The notes: a model not told the origin generated them from the sequence alone. A stretch of DNA of 64,000 nt from Sulfolobales archaeon HS-7 (GCA_019704295.1 AP024596.1:1-64000); one strand, 5' to 3'. Shown: positions 21,581 to 32,098, counted from the first letter of the stretch. Program-made: numbers and translations.

Positions 21581-23196
21581 TGGTAAATATAGTAGTAAAT
21601 AAGTCTGAAATTACAGGGAAATTGAAACTCTCAGATAACGAAATTAATTCCTTACTCTTTAACTTAAAGTCGGAAGCTAAGCCTATAGATAACACACACC
21701 TAGAAGTGGAGGTAAATCCAGATCGACTTGATATGCTTTACCCGTCAGGTATAAGAAGGGCTATATACGGTCTTACTGAGGTGGAACTAGGAGAGCCAAA
21801 GTACAGTATCAGGAATTCCGAGATAACTTTCTCCGTTGATAAAGTCCCTCAGAGAGAGTATGCGGTGACTTTCATTGCGAGGGGAGTAAATATAAATAAT
21901 GAGGACAAGTTGAAGGAGATCATACAATTTCAGGAAAAGCTTCATGCTACGATAGGTAGAAAGAGGAAAAAGGTCGCTATAGGAATTCACGATCTTGATA
22001 AACTTAATACCTCAGCGATTGCATATCGTCTCGTCTCTAAGGAGTCGACCTTCGCCCCGCTTTTCTCAGAAAGGGAAATGAAGGTTGAGGAGGTGTTGAG
22101 AAGTACTCAACAAGGTAAGGAGTATGGAGAGTTGGCCCTTGTAAATGGGACGGTTCCGGCTATTATTGACGGGGAAGGAGATATCCTGAGCATCCCGCCA
22201 GTAATTAACTCCAGAAAGACACAACTGGAAATAGGTACTAAAGACCTTTTAATCGACGTTACGGGAACGTCTTTTGACGCGGTTGCAAAGACTGCTGACA
22301 TAATTGCCTCGGATTTCGCAGAGGGGGGAGCTAATGTTGAAGGCGTGAAGGTTCTGCCTTACAACGAGGTATTTCCGAAAATGGAAAGGAATAACGTCTA
22401 CCTTACGGTAGAGAAGTTCTCTAGGATTAGCGGTATTCAAATTCCTCCACAGGAAATAGTGCATCAAATCCAAAGGATGAGAATGGACGCTGAATTTGGT
22501 GACCGCGTAAAGGTATCCGTACCCCCATTTAGAGTGGACATACTAGAAGACGTCGATGTGGTTGAGGAAATCTTAATGTCAATAGGATATAACAATATAC
22601 CAATGGAGCCCGTGCAGAAAGGCAGTCTAGGAAAGGCTGATTACAAGCAGAGGGTAATTAACACCATTAGAGAACTGGTTATAGGAGCTGGATTCCTTGA
22701 GGTTTTCTCATACGTGTTAACCTCCAGCAGGACGTTACATGGAGATTACGCTTTAATTAGTAATCCCATCTCAGAACTTTACGACGCAGTTAGAAATTCG
22801 TTAATCCCATCAATTCTAGATGTAATGTCATCAAATCAGAGCTCAACCTTTCCGGTTAAGGTCTTCGAAGTTGGGGACGTCGTAATAAAGGACTCTATAA
22901 GCGATACCGGTTATAGCAATGTGACTAGAATAGCTATGGGAATTATGGATAGCGAGATTAGCTACGAGCTGATTCAATCTCCAGTGTCGGCAATTTTAGA
23001 GAATTTAGGTCTTAAACCAAAATATAGAGCGTCCGAGGAATTTCCCTTTCTTAAGGGTAGGAGCTCTGTAATAGAGGTTAGAGGTAACAAAATAGGAGTG
23101 TTAGGAGAGGTAGATCCTAATTATCTGCTAAAGTTAAAGATAACTTATCCAGTAGCAATATGCGAGATCAGCATTGATAATTTGGTAGAGACGTAG
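21580..23196 (+). CDS. pheT: Phenylalanine-tRNA ligase beta subunit
   Basis: NPDRLD, QEKLH...RKKVAIGIHD, PPFRVDI motifs; coupled to pheS. Confidence 0.96.
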   Translation: MVNIVVNKSEITGKLKLSDNEINSLLFNLKSEAKPIDNTHLEVEVNPDRLDMLYPSGIRRAIYGLTEVELGEPKYSIRNSEITFSVDKVPQREYAVTFIARGVNINNEDKLKEIIQFQEKLHATIGRKRKKVAIGIHDLDKLNTSAIAYRLVSKESTFAPLFSEREMKVEEVLRSTQQGKEYGELALVNGTVPAIIDGEGDILSIPPVINSRKTQLEIGTKDLLIDVTGTSFDAVAKTADIIASDFAEGGANVEGVKVLPYNEVFPKMERNNVYLTVEKFSRISGIQIPPQEIVHQIQRMRMDAEFGDRVKVSVPPFRVDILEDVDVVEEILMSIGYNNIPMEPVQKGSLGKADYKQRVINTIRELVIGAGFLEVFSYVLTSSRTLHGDYALISNPISELYDAVRNSLIPSILDVMSSNQSSTFPVKVFEVGDVVIKDSISDTGYSNVTRIAMGIMDSEISYELIQSPVSAILENLGLKPKYRASEEFPFLKGRSSVIEVRGNKIGVLGEVDPNYLLKLKITYPVAICEISIDNLVET

Positions 23197-23317
23197 AACC
23201 TTGCAATTTTAGTTAGGAAATGTTTTTCTGGAATGAACGCTTATAAGGACAGCATTATACCGACTTTTACCAACCTTAACGATACCATAATGAGAACCAG
23301 TTAAAAAACGTTATATC

Positions 23318-24373
23318 TCATGTCTGCAAATACTGGATGAGGTCCTCAGCACTGGAAACTACAGTAAATGCACAGGCTTTCCTCAATCTATTCATTATTG
23401 CCAATCCTATACCCCTTTCAGGATAAGGTTCAGCTATTCCAAAGTCTACTTCCATTCTGTCTAACTTCCTTAAGGAATCAAAGAGGTTTTTCGCTACCTC
23501 ATACAAGTTTTCCTTGGAACCTGTTATTATCTTATTCCCTTCTAACATTGCTCCAGTCTCTCGGGAGCATATCGTGGCAAATCTATACTTTGAGCGTAGG
23601 GAGTGAACTATCCTAATTAACGATTCAGTGTTTTTAGCTAAAAATACCCTCTTAGTAGGCGCGTAATGTTTGTATTTCATACCTGGGGAGAGGGCTACTT
23701 CAGCCTCGCCCTTACCTTGGGCGAAATCTGGAACTATGACATCATCGAAGTAGTTTCTTAATTCCTCCAAAGTAAACGGGCCCGGTCTTAGAAGAACAGG
23801 GGGGTTTTTAGTTACGTCTATTACAGTTGATTCCACACCGAAGAAAGTTTCCCCCCCATCAATGATCATATCCACTCTACCCATCATTTCGTCAATGATG
23901 TGTTCCACCTTAGTTGGACTGGGTCGAGTGGCAAGATTTGCACTGGGCGCGCCAATAGGAACTCCTGAAACCTCTATAAGCTTTAACGCTACTGGATGAG
24001 CAGGCATTCTAATTGCTACTGTCTGGAGCCCCCCTGAAGTCACTAAGGGAATCTTATCCGTTTTTTTTACAACGAACGTGATTGGGCCTGGCCACACTTT
24101 TTTCATAATACGCGTAATATTTTCTGGTACGTCTTCAACTATTTCAAATAGCTGTTCTAATGAGTGTATGTGCACTATAAGTGGATTATCCGGCTGTCTG
24201 TTCTTCGCAATAAAGATTTTCATTGAGGCCTCTGGGTCTAATGCATTTGCACCTAGTCCATAGACCGTCTCAGTGGGGAAAATAACCGTTCCGTTATTTC
24301 TAATAACTCTTGCAGCCTCCTCAATTACAGAGTCTTCTGGATTAACTGGATTGACCTTTTTGACGATTGTCAT
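23318..24373 (-). CDS. sua5: L-threonylcarbamoyladenylate synthase Sua5
   Basis: FPTETVYGLG, KNRQPDNPLI, APSAN, PGMKYKHYAP; probable ATG 24373. Confidence 0.96.
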   Translation of the reverse strand: MTIVKKVNPVNPEDSVIEEAARVIRNNGTVIFPTETVYGLGANALDPEASMKIFIAKNRQPDNPLIVHIHSLEQLFEIVEDVPENITRIMKKVWPGPITFVVKKTDKIPLVTSGGLQTVAIRMPAHPVALKLIEVSGVPIGAPSANLATRPSPTKVEHIIDEMMGRVDMIIDGGETFFGVESTVIDVTKNPPVLLRPGPFTLEELRNYFDDVIVPDFAQGKGEAEVALSPGMKYKHYAPTKRVFLAKNTESLIRIVHSLRSKYRFATICSRETGAMLEGNKIITGSKENLYEVAKNLFDSLRKLDRMEVDFGIAEPYPERGIGLAIMNRLRKACAFTVVSSAEDLIQYLQT

Positions 24374-24428
24374 TTTCGATGCTAACATTAGGTCTAACAG
24401 ATTATATAGGTTAAGAGGGAAATCCAAT

Positions 24429-25562
24429 CTATTCCGAGTTACTTCTTAATTTGCGAGTAACCTCACTATAGACTAGCTTCTTTGTAGAGTCAGAAGAACC
24501 GAGCTTCTTGGTGTTTTCCACATCCTGTGAAAGTTTCCTGGTATATTCAATTATGTCTAATCTCTTCGTCTGATTCGCAAGTTCGTTCAATTTAGTCAAT
24601 TTCTTAGTTGCTTCGACCGAGTTGTCTATAACTGACGGTAAGCTCATTAGTACACTCTGGTAATTTACGTCAGCCTGGACTTCCTTGTTAATGGAGGATA
24701 GGAACTCTTGATGAGAAGTTGAAGGTGTAACGTTGGCCTGAAGAGTTTGCTCAATCTTCCTGTTAGTAACTGCGTCTTGATATACTACCTTTACCGTAAG
24801 TATGGCACCGGAGAAATTAGATGGGACATGTACCTTACCGTAAATTCTTACTACTCCCTCTAGGAATCCAAGGTAAATCGGATTGCTTGAGAAATTTATT
24901 AATGAGACTGATGACGGTGAGGTTAACTCTACTCTAACATCCTTAGCAGATATCTCCTCAACTGCATTCTCTGTAAATACGTCCGGAATTTCTTCCGGAG
25001 ATTCTATATGATAGAATATCCCGTTACTTTTCTCTACAACCGATTGAAGTATTTCCTCGTTGTACTCCGTTCCGACTCCTATTGCTATGATATTACTTCT
25101 CTCTGGGAACTTTATGTTTCCATACGCTTCCTTGATCGGAACATCAGTGGGAAAGCCATCGGTAAGCACTATAATTTTCGTAGGATCCTCCCATCTATTT
25201 GCAATCTTCGCCGCGAGATTGAGGGCGGAAAAAAGAGCTGTCCTACCCAATGGGACTAATCCCACAACTGAGCTTAATGCAGAATCTGGAGATACGTGTT
25301 CAGCTATTATCTTCGCCTCATCAGAAAAAGTTATGATAGATACGAAATTGCCTTTCGGCATCCTTTCAATCATCCCTCTCATGCCGTCTACTGCCAAGCT
25401 AAACTTGTCTTTCATTGATGAACTAGTATCAAGTAATATAACGTAATGAAAATTCGATGCCTTAGCAGTACTTTCAGGTACTAACACTAGCCTGAAGCCC
25501 ATCTCGAAAGGGGTCGAACTGCTTTTCAAATGACTAGTTTCAAGTCTAACTGCTATTGTCAT
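24429..25562 (-). CDS. von Willebrand factor A domain protein, ArnB-like
   Basis: DTSSSM MIDAS motif, LTDGFPTD, C-terminal TKK/TRK repeats; probable ATG 25562. Confidence 0.85.
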   Translation of the reverse strand: MTIAVRLETSHLKSSSTPFEMGFRLVLVPESTAKASNFHYVILLDTSSSMKDKFSLAVDGMRGMIERMPKGNFVSIITFSDEAKIIAEHVSPDSALSSVVGLVPLGRTALFSALNLAAKIANRWEDPTKIIVLTDGFPTDVPIKEAYGNIKFPERSNIIAIGVGTEYNEEILQSVVEKSNGIFYHIESPEEIPDVFTENAVEEISAKDVRVELTSPSSVSLINFSSNPIYLGFLEGVVRIYGKVHVPSNFSGAILTVKVVYQDAVTNRKIEQTLQANVTPSTSHQEFLSSINKEVQADVNYQSVLMSLPSVIDNSVEATKKLTKLNELANQTKRLDIIEYTRKLSQDVENTKKLGSSDSTKKLVYSEVTRKLRSNSE

Positions 25563-25614
25563 ATACGAAAAGTTGATATTGAAACTATTAAAATGAATTG
25601 GTGAAATACAGTGT

Positions 25615-25835
25615 GGGGTTTTGGACCTCATAAGATTTCATGATATCTCATCTCAATCCTCAGCCCTTGGACTTCATTGAAGCCGCTGAATATTACTCGG
25701 TTCATTCTTCGTCCCTTTAGTGGGATAACCCAGACCTACTTGCAGACGTGGGTAAACCCTCACATCTTGTGCCCTGTCGCCTTTCGGGAAAGCTTATCTA
25801 TATTCAGTCACGAGATTTATAAAATATATTTTATA
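25615..25835 (-). mobile_element. IS607-type relic: tnpB C-terminal/right-end sequence joined to a hairpin and AT-rich promoter-like segment
   Basis: Minus strand reads KM*GFTHV..VWVIPLKGRRMN..NEVQGLRIEMRYHEIL*, like recalled Sulfolobales IS607 TnpB tails; junction repeated at 49221-49308. Confidence 0.65.
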
Positions 25836-25916
25836 TTTTAAAGTAATAAACTCTATGATTTATCTAAAACTGTTGGCAACGGTAATTCACGCCTCATTAC
25901 TGATCCGTTTACCTAA

Positions 25917-26229
25917 ATGGGGGTTCAAAGGTGGCGGAAAACCAGCGAGCATGAATAGTCCCCCTTTGTATTAGTTTAAGTCGGTTCGCAGCCAGTATAT
26001 CAATTACGCTCATCGACAAAATAAGCTTTACCGAGACGCCTAAGTGAGGGTTGATGTGGTACATCTCTCCTCCTATTATCCAGTCCTCAGGATACCATCA
26101 CGTTCACTTCGAGGTTCGACCCTCAGAGGCTGTGGAGTTTAGCCATCTACTCTCTGGGCAAGCTGGAGATAAGAAGCAGGAAGTCCATACCGTGAGAATA
26201 GGAATCCTGTCCGTTAGGGTAGAGTTCAC
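25917..26229 (+). mobile_element. Non-autonomous IS200/IS605-derived element (SMN1-like), copy 1
   Basis: G-rich left end; tnpB-tail-like RPSEAVE..GQAGDKKQE; ends GTTCAC; about 313 bp; 26022-26126 matches 27065-27169 at 93/105. Confidence 0.75.
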
Positions 26230-26272
26230 GAAGCGATTTTTCATTCTACTGTTTAGGGTGAAAAGGAGGCCG

Positions 26273-26632
26273 CTATGGATCTTCCAACTTAATTCTTGTG
26301 TAACCGAACTCCTCATATATGTGATCAGAACTTATTATCTTACCTTCGGAGAACGCTGCATGGAAGGCATCAAATACTCCCATACCTTGTGATATTAATA
26401 TAGAGGCTTTTAAGATTCTCTCATCAAAGCTTTTAGTAATTTCCATTACTGACGCAGAAACCTTGACCGGATCTAGACCGAATTTCTTACTTAGCAACAT
26501 AAGCTCTAGGTAAGTAGCTAAAGAAGTAGTAATGTTATACTCATATTCTCTTAATAATGATGAAGCTTTCCTCTTCAACCAATCTTTATCCTTGAGTAGT
26601 GCGAGGAAAAAATCAGTATCAGCGTAAACCAA
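26273..26632 (-). CDS. vapC: PIN-domain toxin VapC
   Basis: YADTDFF, LELM, FDAFHAA, SSD acidic catalytic set. Confidence 0.92.
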   Translation of the reverse strand: MVYADTDFFLALLKDKDWLKRKASSLLREYEYNITTSLATYLELMLLSKKFGLDPVKVSASVMEITKSFDERILKASILISQGMGVFDAFHAAFSEGKIISSDHIYEEFGYTRIKLEDP

Positions 26633-26855
26633 TTTCTTTCTCGGCCTCTTCCCTTATTACTTTCTTTAACTCCTTAATGTCAAGGTTAGGCAACTTTTCC
26701 CCCTCATCTTCGAGGACCTTGATCGGATCCTCCACTCTAGGAACAAGCATTATCCCGTAAGGTAATTCTACGACGTAAAACTCCTTAGGTTTTCCCTTTT
26801 CTCTAATTTCCTTCGGTAAGTAAACTCTTCCCTTCTTGTCAACCTTAACAATCAT
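26619..26855 (-). CDS. vapB: AbrB/MazE-type antitoxin VapB
   Basis: VKVDKKGRVYLPKEIRE motif; overlaps vapC start; probable ATG 26855. Confidence 0.9.
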   Translation of the reverse strand: MIVKVDKKGRVYLPKEIREKGKPKEFYVVELPYGIMLVPRVEDPIKVLEDEGEKLPNLDIKELKKVIREEAEKEIGLR

Positions 26856-26867
26856 GAGTTCAATATG

Positions 26868-26894
26868 GTGGGAAAAGTTAATTAACTTTCCCAC
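26868..26894. promoter_or_regulatory. Palindromic operator over the vapBC promoter
   Basis: GTGGGAAAAGTTAATTAACTTTCCCAC is near-perfectly palindromic, 13-39 nt upstream of the vapB ATG. Confidence 0.75.
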
Positions 26895-26952
26895 AAGATT
26901 GTTCCAAGTTATCGGGAGATTCAGGACATTTTACAAAATCAGTTTTATCTTG

Positions 26953-27179
26953 ATGGAGTTAAAAGGGGGCGGAACACCCCTTCCGCAAGGGATGGATATT
27001 CATCTTTGTAGTTATCTTAAATACAAAAGAGGACTCCTATACCTAAATGACAATTCCGAAGGAGTAAGCGTCACCGAGACGCCTAGGCTAGGGTTGATGT
27101 GGTACGTCTCTCCTCCTATTATTCAATCCTCTGGAGACTATCACGTTCACTTCGAGGTTTGACCCTCAGCGAATTTCAC
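26953..27179 (+). mobile_element. SMN1-like element, copy 2 (right-end region deleted)
   Basis: Left end ATGGAGTTAAAAGGGGGCGGAA; 105-bp core 89% identical to copy 1; short TTCAC terminus. Confidence 0.7.
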
Positions 27180-27222
27180 CTTCAGACTTAAACATTTATT
27201 TTTACAATGATTATACGATAAT

Positions 27223-27966
27223 ATGACGCTTAACGTTATGGAGAAAAACGACGTGGCAATTGTGACCTTTAAAACGGGAAACCAGTATAACTTATTGACC
27301 CTCAAGTTCATGATAGAATTAAATGACTTAATTCAGGACCTAAATAAGAAAAAACACTTAAAGTTCATTATTCTTAGAGGCAGTGATAACTTCGGGGCAG
27401 GCGCTGATTTCCAGGAATTATACAAATATTTAGGTCTGAAAGATGAGAATATGAAGTTCTTTTATGCAATGAGAAGACTCTATGTCTCCATGCTTGAACT
27501 GCAGAAAATAACGATAAGCGTTATAGACAAACTAGCTTATGGGGCATCTTTAGAATTAGCTCTAACTTCTGACTTCGTTATAGCAGACGAAAATGTGAGA
27601 ATAGGAATAGGAGGGGTAAAGTACGGACTTTTCCCTCCACTCTTGTCGGTAATAGGAAAGCAACTTTTAGGTGAAAACAATTTTAAGAAACTTATGTACC
27701 TTGGAGGGGAGTTTGACGTTAAGGAAGCAAAGGATTTAGGATTGATATACGATTACGGGGACGTAAATAAGTTGACAGAAGAACTACTAACCAAATTAAG
27801 ACAGAACTCCTTCTCAGCAATACTCAGAATTAAGAGAATCTCGCAAGGGAACGTGAAGGAAGCTTTGTCAAGGGCGTTCGAGTCGTTAGTTGATCAGTCT
27901 GTGTCTGATGACGCAATAGCTGGTATAAAGGCTTTCGTACAGAAGTCTCCCATATCCCCCATTTAG
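27223..27966 (+). CDS. Enoyl-CoA hydratase/isomerase (crotonase) family protein
   Basis: FGAGAD and AYGASLELALTSD motifs. Confidence 0.88.
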   Translation: MTLNVMEKNDVAIVTFKTGNQYNLLTLKFMIELNDLIQDLNKKKHLKFIILRGSDNFGAGADFQELYKYLGLKDENMKFFYAMRRLYVSMLELQKITISVIDKLAYGASLELALTSDFVIADENVRIGIGGVKYGLFPPLLSVIGKQLLGENNFKKLMYLGGEFDVKEAKDLGLIYDYGDVNKLTEELLTKLRQNSFSAILRIKRISQGNVKEALSRAFESLVDQSVSDDAIAGIKAFVQKSPISPI

Positions 27967-27992
27967 GATAAGGTATTAAGTTTAGGAATTAT

Positions 27993-29336
27993 ATGATGAT
28001 ATTTGTGGAGTTAACTTACTTTAAGGGATTGCTACTTTCGGATGAATACATTCCAGGCTTAGAGTACAACTCGAAGTTTAGAAAGTACGTAGCGTTCGCG
28101 TACAAGTACAGGTATGTAAGGGAATATGCGAAAAGGAATGATTTAAGACTTCATGATAAGGTACTCGAGCTGCTTCCCGTAAACGTCGATTCATCATTTA
28201 AAGGGGAACTTAGGAGTTACCAGAAGAAGGCGGTTGAATCGTGGATTACGGAAAAAAGAGGTGTTATAGTGATGCCAACAGGAAGCGGTAAAACCCTAGT
28301 GGCATTAAGGGCAATTTACGAACTTAATACTTCTACGCTGATTGTCGTCCCGACACTAGAGTTGCTTAACCAATGGTTTAATAACGTCCAACAGGTCCTT
28401 GGAGTGACGCCAGGAAGAATAGGAGGGGGTTATGACGACATTAGCGGAACTACGGTAATCACCTACGATTCTGCCTACATTAGAATTGAGGAACTGGGAA
28501 ACAAGTTTGAATTGCTAGTTTTCGATGAGGTTCATCATCTCCCCGCAGAGGGATATATTCAAATAGCGCAGATGTCTGCCGCTCCTTACCGTATGGGTTT
28601 AACGGCGACAGTGGAGAGAGAGGACAACAGGCATGTGCTACTGAATGATATCGTAGGTCCTGTTATCTTTAAACTTACTTCTGAGGAACTAAAGGGAAAG
28701 TATCTGTCAGATTACGATATGGAGACGATAAGAGTTAATTTACTTCCTGAGGAAAGGGAGAGTTACTTAAGAAATAGGCAACTCTTTAAGGACTTCGTAC
28801 AGAAAAAGAGGATAAGGTTCAAGTCTCCAAACGACTTCAAAAAACTGGTGTCTATCGCTTCGAAAAGTAGGGATGGCAGAGACGCTCTTCTGGCGTGGCA
28901 GGAGGCGACTTCATTAGCTGTTAACTCAGAGGCTAAAATACACAAGTTGGAGGAGTTACTTCCTACTTTCAAGAACGAAAAAGTAATCATCTTCACAAGG
29001 AATAACAGCATGGCGTATAAGATATCCAGTAAATTCCTAATACCTATCATTACTTACAGGACGCCGAAAGAGGAGAGGCAGAGGATAATAGCCAATTTCA
29101 GGGAAGGTAAGTACAAAATGATAGTCACATCTAACGTTCTCGATGAGGGTGTAGATTTCCCTGATGCTAACGTAGCTATAGTTCTAGGGGGCTATGGTTC
29201 TAGAAGGCAGTTCATTCAAAGGTTAGGAAGGATATTAAGGAAGGTTGAGGGAAAAAGGGCAAAACTGATCGAAATAGTCACTTCAGGTACTATAGACTCA
29301 TCTTTAAGTAGGAGGAGAAAGCGTGTTACCGGCTGA
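27993..29336 (+). CDS. xpb: XPB-family SF2 DNA helicase
   Basis: PTGSGKT, DEVH, TAT, QRLGRILR motifs; upstream of bax1. Confidence 0.93.
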   Translation: MMIFVELTYFKGLLLSDEYIPGLEYNSKFRKYVAFAYKYRYVREYAKRNDLRLHDKVLELLPVNVDSSFKGELRSYQKKAVESWITEKRGVIVMPTGSGKTLVALRAIYELNTSTLIVVPTLELLNQWFNNVQQVLGVTPGRIGGGYDDISGTTVITYDSAYIRIEELGNKFELLVFDEVHHLPAEGYIQIAQMSAAPYRMGLTATVEREDNRHVLLNDIVGPVIFKLTSEELKGKYLSDYDMETIRVNLLPEERESYLRNRQLFKDFVQKKRIRFKSPNDFKKLVSIASKSRDGRDALLAWQEATSLAVNSEAKIHKLEELLPTFKNEKVIIFTRNNSMAYKISSKFLIPIITYRTPKEERQRIIANFREGKYKMIVTSNVLDEGVDFPDANVAIVLGGYGSRRQFIQRLGRILRKVEGKRAKLIEIVTSGTIDSSLSRRRKRVTG

Positions 29337-30759
29337 ACTAGCTAGGTTCAAGTTCTCAGGGAACGAAGTAAAACCCCTATTCTTGGGGCTTGAAAACGAA
29401 TCTGCTAAGGAAATCTGTCAACTTTTCAGAAATAACGTTAGGGTAGGCGAGATTCTTGATAAGTCGGAATACCTTGAAAAGGTTTATAATTACAAACTCA
29501 TCAGAGGGTTAGTAAAGGTCGCACTTTTCCTAGTTAAGTTGTCACCCCCTAACGAACTTTCAGTTAAGGTAAGACAAGAAGTCTTCTCAAAAGGGCCCGT
29601 TTTCGATGAGAAAAAAAGAGAGGAAATTCTTCGGAGTATAGGTGAGAAATATGGTTCTGACGCAGAGGAACTAATGTGGTCTGACCAGCTTGAGTATAGG
29701 AAGGTAATAGACACCGCAGATCTAAATGAGGAAAAACTGGTAAGGTACTATAACCTTTCACTACTTCAAACAGTTTTGTTTAAAAGCACTAGCCTGGAAA
29801 TAAGGGGGATTAGGGATTGGAAAATAGTTCTTAGAAACGTTAAGTTCCTCGGGTTGATGTACGATGCGTCAATCGACCCGTTTACTCTCTACATCTATGG
29901 CCCTGCCTCACTACTTAAAATGACCACAAAATACGGTCGTAATTTAGCTTTGTTGATTCCTGAAGTAGTAAGGCAGGATAAGTGGTATATAAGGGCGCAA
30001 ATTGTCTTAGGGAAAACCAGAAAGAAAATCTACCCTATGGAGGTTGAAAGCGGTCCTCCAATGCCAGAGAGTTCTGAAAGGATCGAATTTGACAGTTCTG
30101 TGGAGGAGGAATTCTATAACAGCTTCAAAAGAAAGTTACCTGACTGGAGGATAGAGAGGGAGCCTGAACCCCTAATAGCAAACTCAAGGGTTTTCATTCC
30201 GGATTTCCTGATTTCAAAAGGAACGATGAAGATTTACGTAGAAATAGTGGGATTCTGGACTAAGGCGTACTTAGAGACAAAGGCAGAGAAGGTAAAGGAA
30301 ATCAGAGTGCCTTTATTAATACTTGCGAATAAGGAAGGCAATCCATTCACCATTAAAGCAGATAACGTGATTGTGTTCAAAAATAAAGTAGACATAGATG
30401 TGGTTAAGAGATGGTTGATAAGGTATGAGGAGGTAATCTCAAGCAAGATAGACGTAAAGCCTGAGGGAAAAGTAATATCGCTCGAGGAATTATCTCGACG
30501 TTATGGTATTTCGAAGGAAATATTGAGAAAGCGAAGTTTTGCCGGTTTTATAAATACCGGGGATTACCTAATAAGTGAGGAGCTAATTGACGAATTGAAG
30601 AAGGTGAACCTTGAGGGAATATCCCTGCAGGAAGCCATAGAAAAAGTTGGCGATTTCGTAGGTCAGGTGTTGTCGATACTTGGATATGAGGTGAAATGGC
30701 GCGGGATAGATCCCTCACAAACAGTTATAGTTAGGAAAGGTAATCAACCGGATCCTTAA
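29323..30759 (+). CDS. bax1: Bax1 endonuclease (DUF790)
   Basis: [17 protein letters not shown]...EIVGFWT motifs; coupled to xpb. Confidence 0.9.
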   Translation: MLPAELARFKFSGNEVKPLFLGLENESAKEICQLFRNNVRVGEILDKSEYLEKVYNYKLIRGLVKVALFLVKLSPPNELSVKVRQEVFSKGPVFDEKKREEILRSIGEKYGSDAEELMWSDQLEYRKVIDTADLNEEKLVRYYNLSLLQTVLFKSTSLEIRGIRDWKIVLRNVKFLGLMYDASIDPFTLYIYGPASLLKMTTKYGRNLALLIPEVVRQDKWYIRAQIVLGKTRKKIYPMEVESGPPMPESSERIEFDSSVEEEFYNSFKRKLPDWRIEREPEPLIANSRVFIPDFLISKGTMKIYVEIVGFWTKAYLETKAEKVKEIRVPLLILANKEGNPFTIKADNVIVFKNKVDIDVVKRWLIRYEEVISSKIDVKPEGKVISLEELSRRYGISKEILRKRSFAGFINTGDYLISEELIDELKKVNLEGISLQEAIEKVGDFVGQVLSILGYEVKWRGIDPSQTVIVRKGNQPDP

Positions 30760-32098
30760 CCCCGTTTATTTGGAAGGCTTTTTTCCTCATGTAGCAAGGC
30801 CCACACTCCCCGCAATGTTTCTCCTTTCCCTCGTAACAGCTCCACGTAAGATGAAGAGGCGCTCCTAACTCAAGTCCTAGTTTAACTATCTCATGCTTAA
30901 CTAAGTGACCAACAGGCATTACTAATTCTACATGTTTATTCGGCCCTACCGCGTACGGAATAACGTCATTTAGGAGCCTAACGAACTCCATCTCGTTATC
31001 TGGGTAAGCCCCCGCCTCCTCTAGGTTTATTCCTGTGGCTACAACATCATATCCCCTTGCCTCGGCCAAAGCTATAGCAATTGATATGAAAACTAGATTC
31101 CTCGCAGGAACCCATTCGTGAGCAAATTCAGCCCCTGCCTCCCCTTTTCCGGCCTTCGTTATCTCGCCGTCAATTAGGGCTGTACTACCTATCAGCTTGA
31201 ATAAGTCAGTATTCATCTCCATAACCGGAACTCCAAGGAAATTAGCTACGTTAATTACTGCTTCTCTCTCTTTTTCTTGAGCCTTGTGCTTATAGTTAAA
31301 GTGCAAAAGAGACACCTGGTAACCCTGCCTTAATAGGTAGGTAGCAGCTACTGTAGAATCCAGACCACCACTACATATGACCAGTGCTTTCTTCCCCTTA
31401 GGAGGGGGTAGATCTACGGTATTTAGTGTTGGTTTATTACTAATCTCGACAGCGGTATAAGGCCTATTTCGGGTAATGTTAACCTTATCGAGGGGAGAAT
31501 ACTCGAAAAACGAGTCCAAACTGGAAAAGAAGATAGCACCTAACTTAAAATCGTAGGCAATGTAAATTGGTTTGAAGTTTTGCGCCAAGAAAACTCTATC
31601 GGGTCGCTTCTTGTCTGCTATTGCTAGAGCGAAGCTCCCCTTTATGTTATCAAGCACGGAGGGAAGAGTCTTAAGTTGTCCATCCCATCTCTTATCTAAC
31701 AACCCTGGAATTACCGCGGAATCTATCTTAGTTTTCCTCTCTATCATAAATTCCTTTTCTAATTCCTTATCATTGGCAATGACACCGTTATGGGAAACGA
31801 CGTACCTCTCCCCTTCAAAAGGTTGTATGTCTTCCTCTGTCTTGTAATCTATTCTTTCCGTAGTAGGTTCTGCCCTATTATTTGCGATAACTACTGATGT
31901 ATTATCTGAAAAAATTTTTGTTATTTTCGGCACACCAGTGGATTTAACCTTTCTGATGTTACCGTCCCTATCAAACGTAACAACTCCAAATGAATCCCTA
32001 CCTCTTTCCGATGCGTTTATTAGAATCCTCCAAAACTTGTCCTCAATCGCCAAGTAGTTACTCTCGTTTAATATCACTACTCCTGATACACTACACAT
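30731..32098 (-). CDS. queC: GAT-QueC fusion (preQ0/archaeosine synthesis)
   Basis: Ntn-amidotransferase N-terminus MCSV (ATG 32098), SGGLDS, VPARN, C-terminal [11 protein letters not shown]. Confidence 0.93.
   Translation of the reverse strand: MCSVSGVVILNESNYLAIEDKFWRILINASERGRDSFGVVTFDRDGNIRKVKSTGVPKITKIFSDNTSVVIANNRAEPTTERIDYKTEEDIQPFEGERYVVSHNGVIANDKELEKEFMIERKTKIDSAVIPGLLDKRWDGQLKTLPSVLDNIKGSFALAIADKKRPDRVFLAQNFKPIYIAYDFKLGAIFFSSLDSFFEYSPLDKVNITRNRPYTAVEISNKPTLNTVDLPPPKGKKALVICSGGLDSTVAATYLLRQGYQVSLLHFNYKHKAQEKEREAVINVANFLGVPVMEMNTDLFKLIGSTALIDGEITKAGKGEAGAEFAHEWVPARNLVFISIAIALAEARGYDVVATGINLEEAGAYPDNEMEFVRLLNDVIPYAVGPNKHVELVMPVGHLVKHEIVKLGLELGAPLHLTWSCYEGKEKHCGECGPCYMRKKAFQINGVKDPVDYLS

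Noticed and set aside
26051-27162. ORFs 26051-26392, 26104-26316 and 26836-27162 as genes
   Set aside because: They run through mobile-element repeats and overlap vapBC or its promoter
27993-32098. XPB-Bax1 and the GAT-QueC fusion as new defence or DNA-modification systems
   Set aside because: Both are known crenarchaeal housekeeping functions; no dpdA or Qat partner genes are nearby
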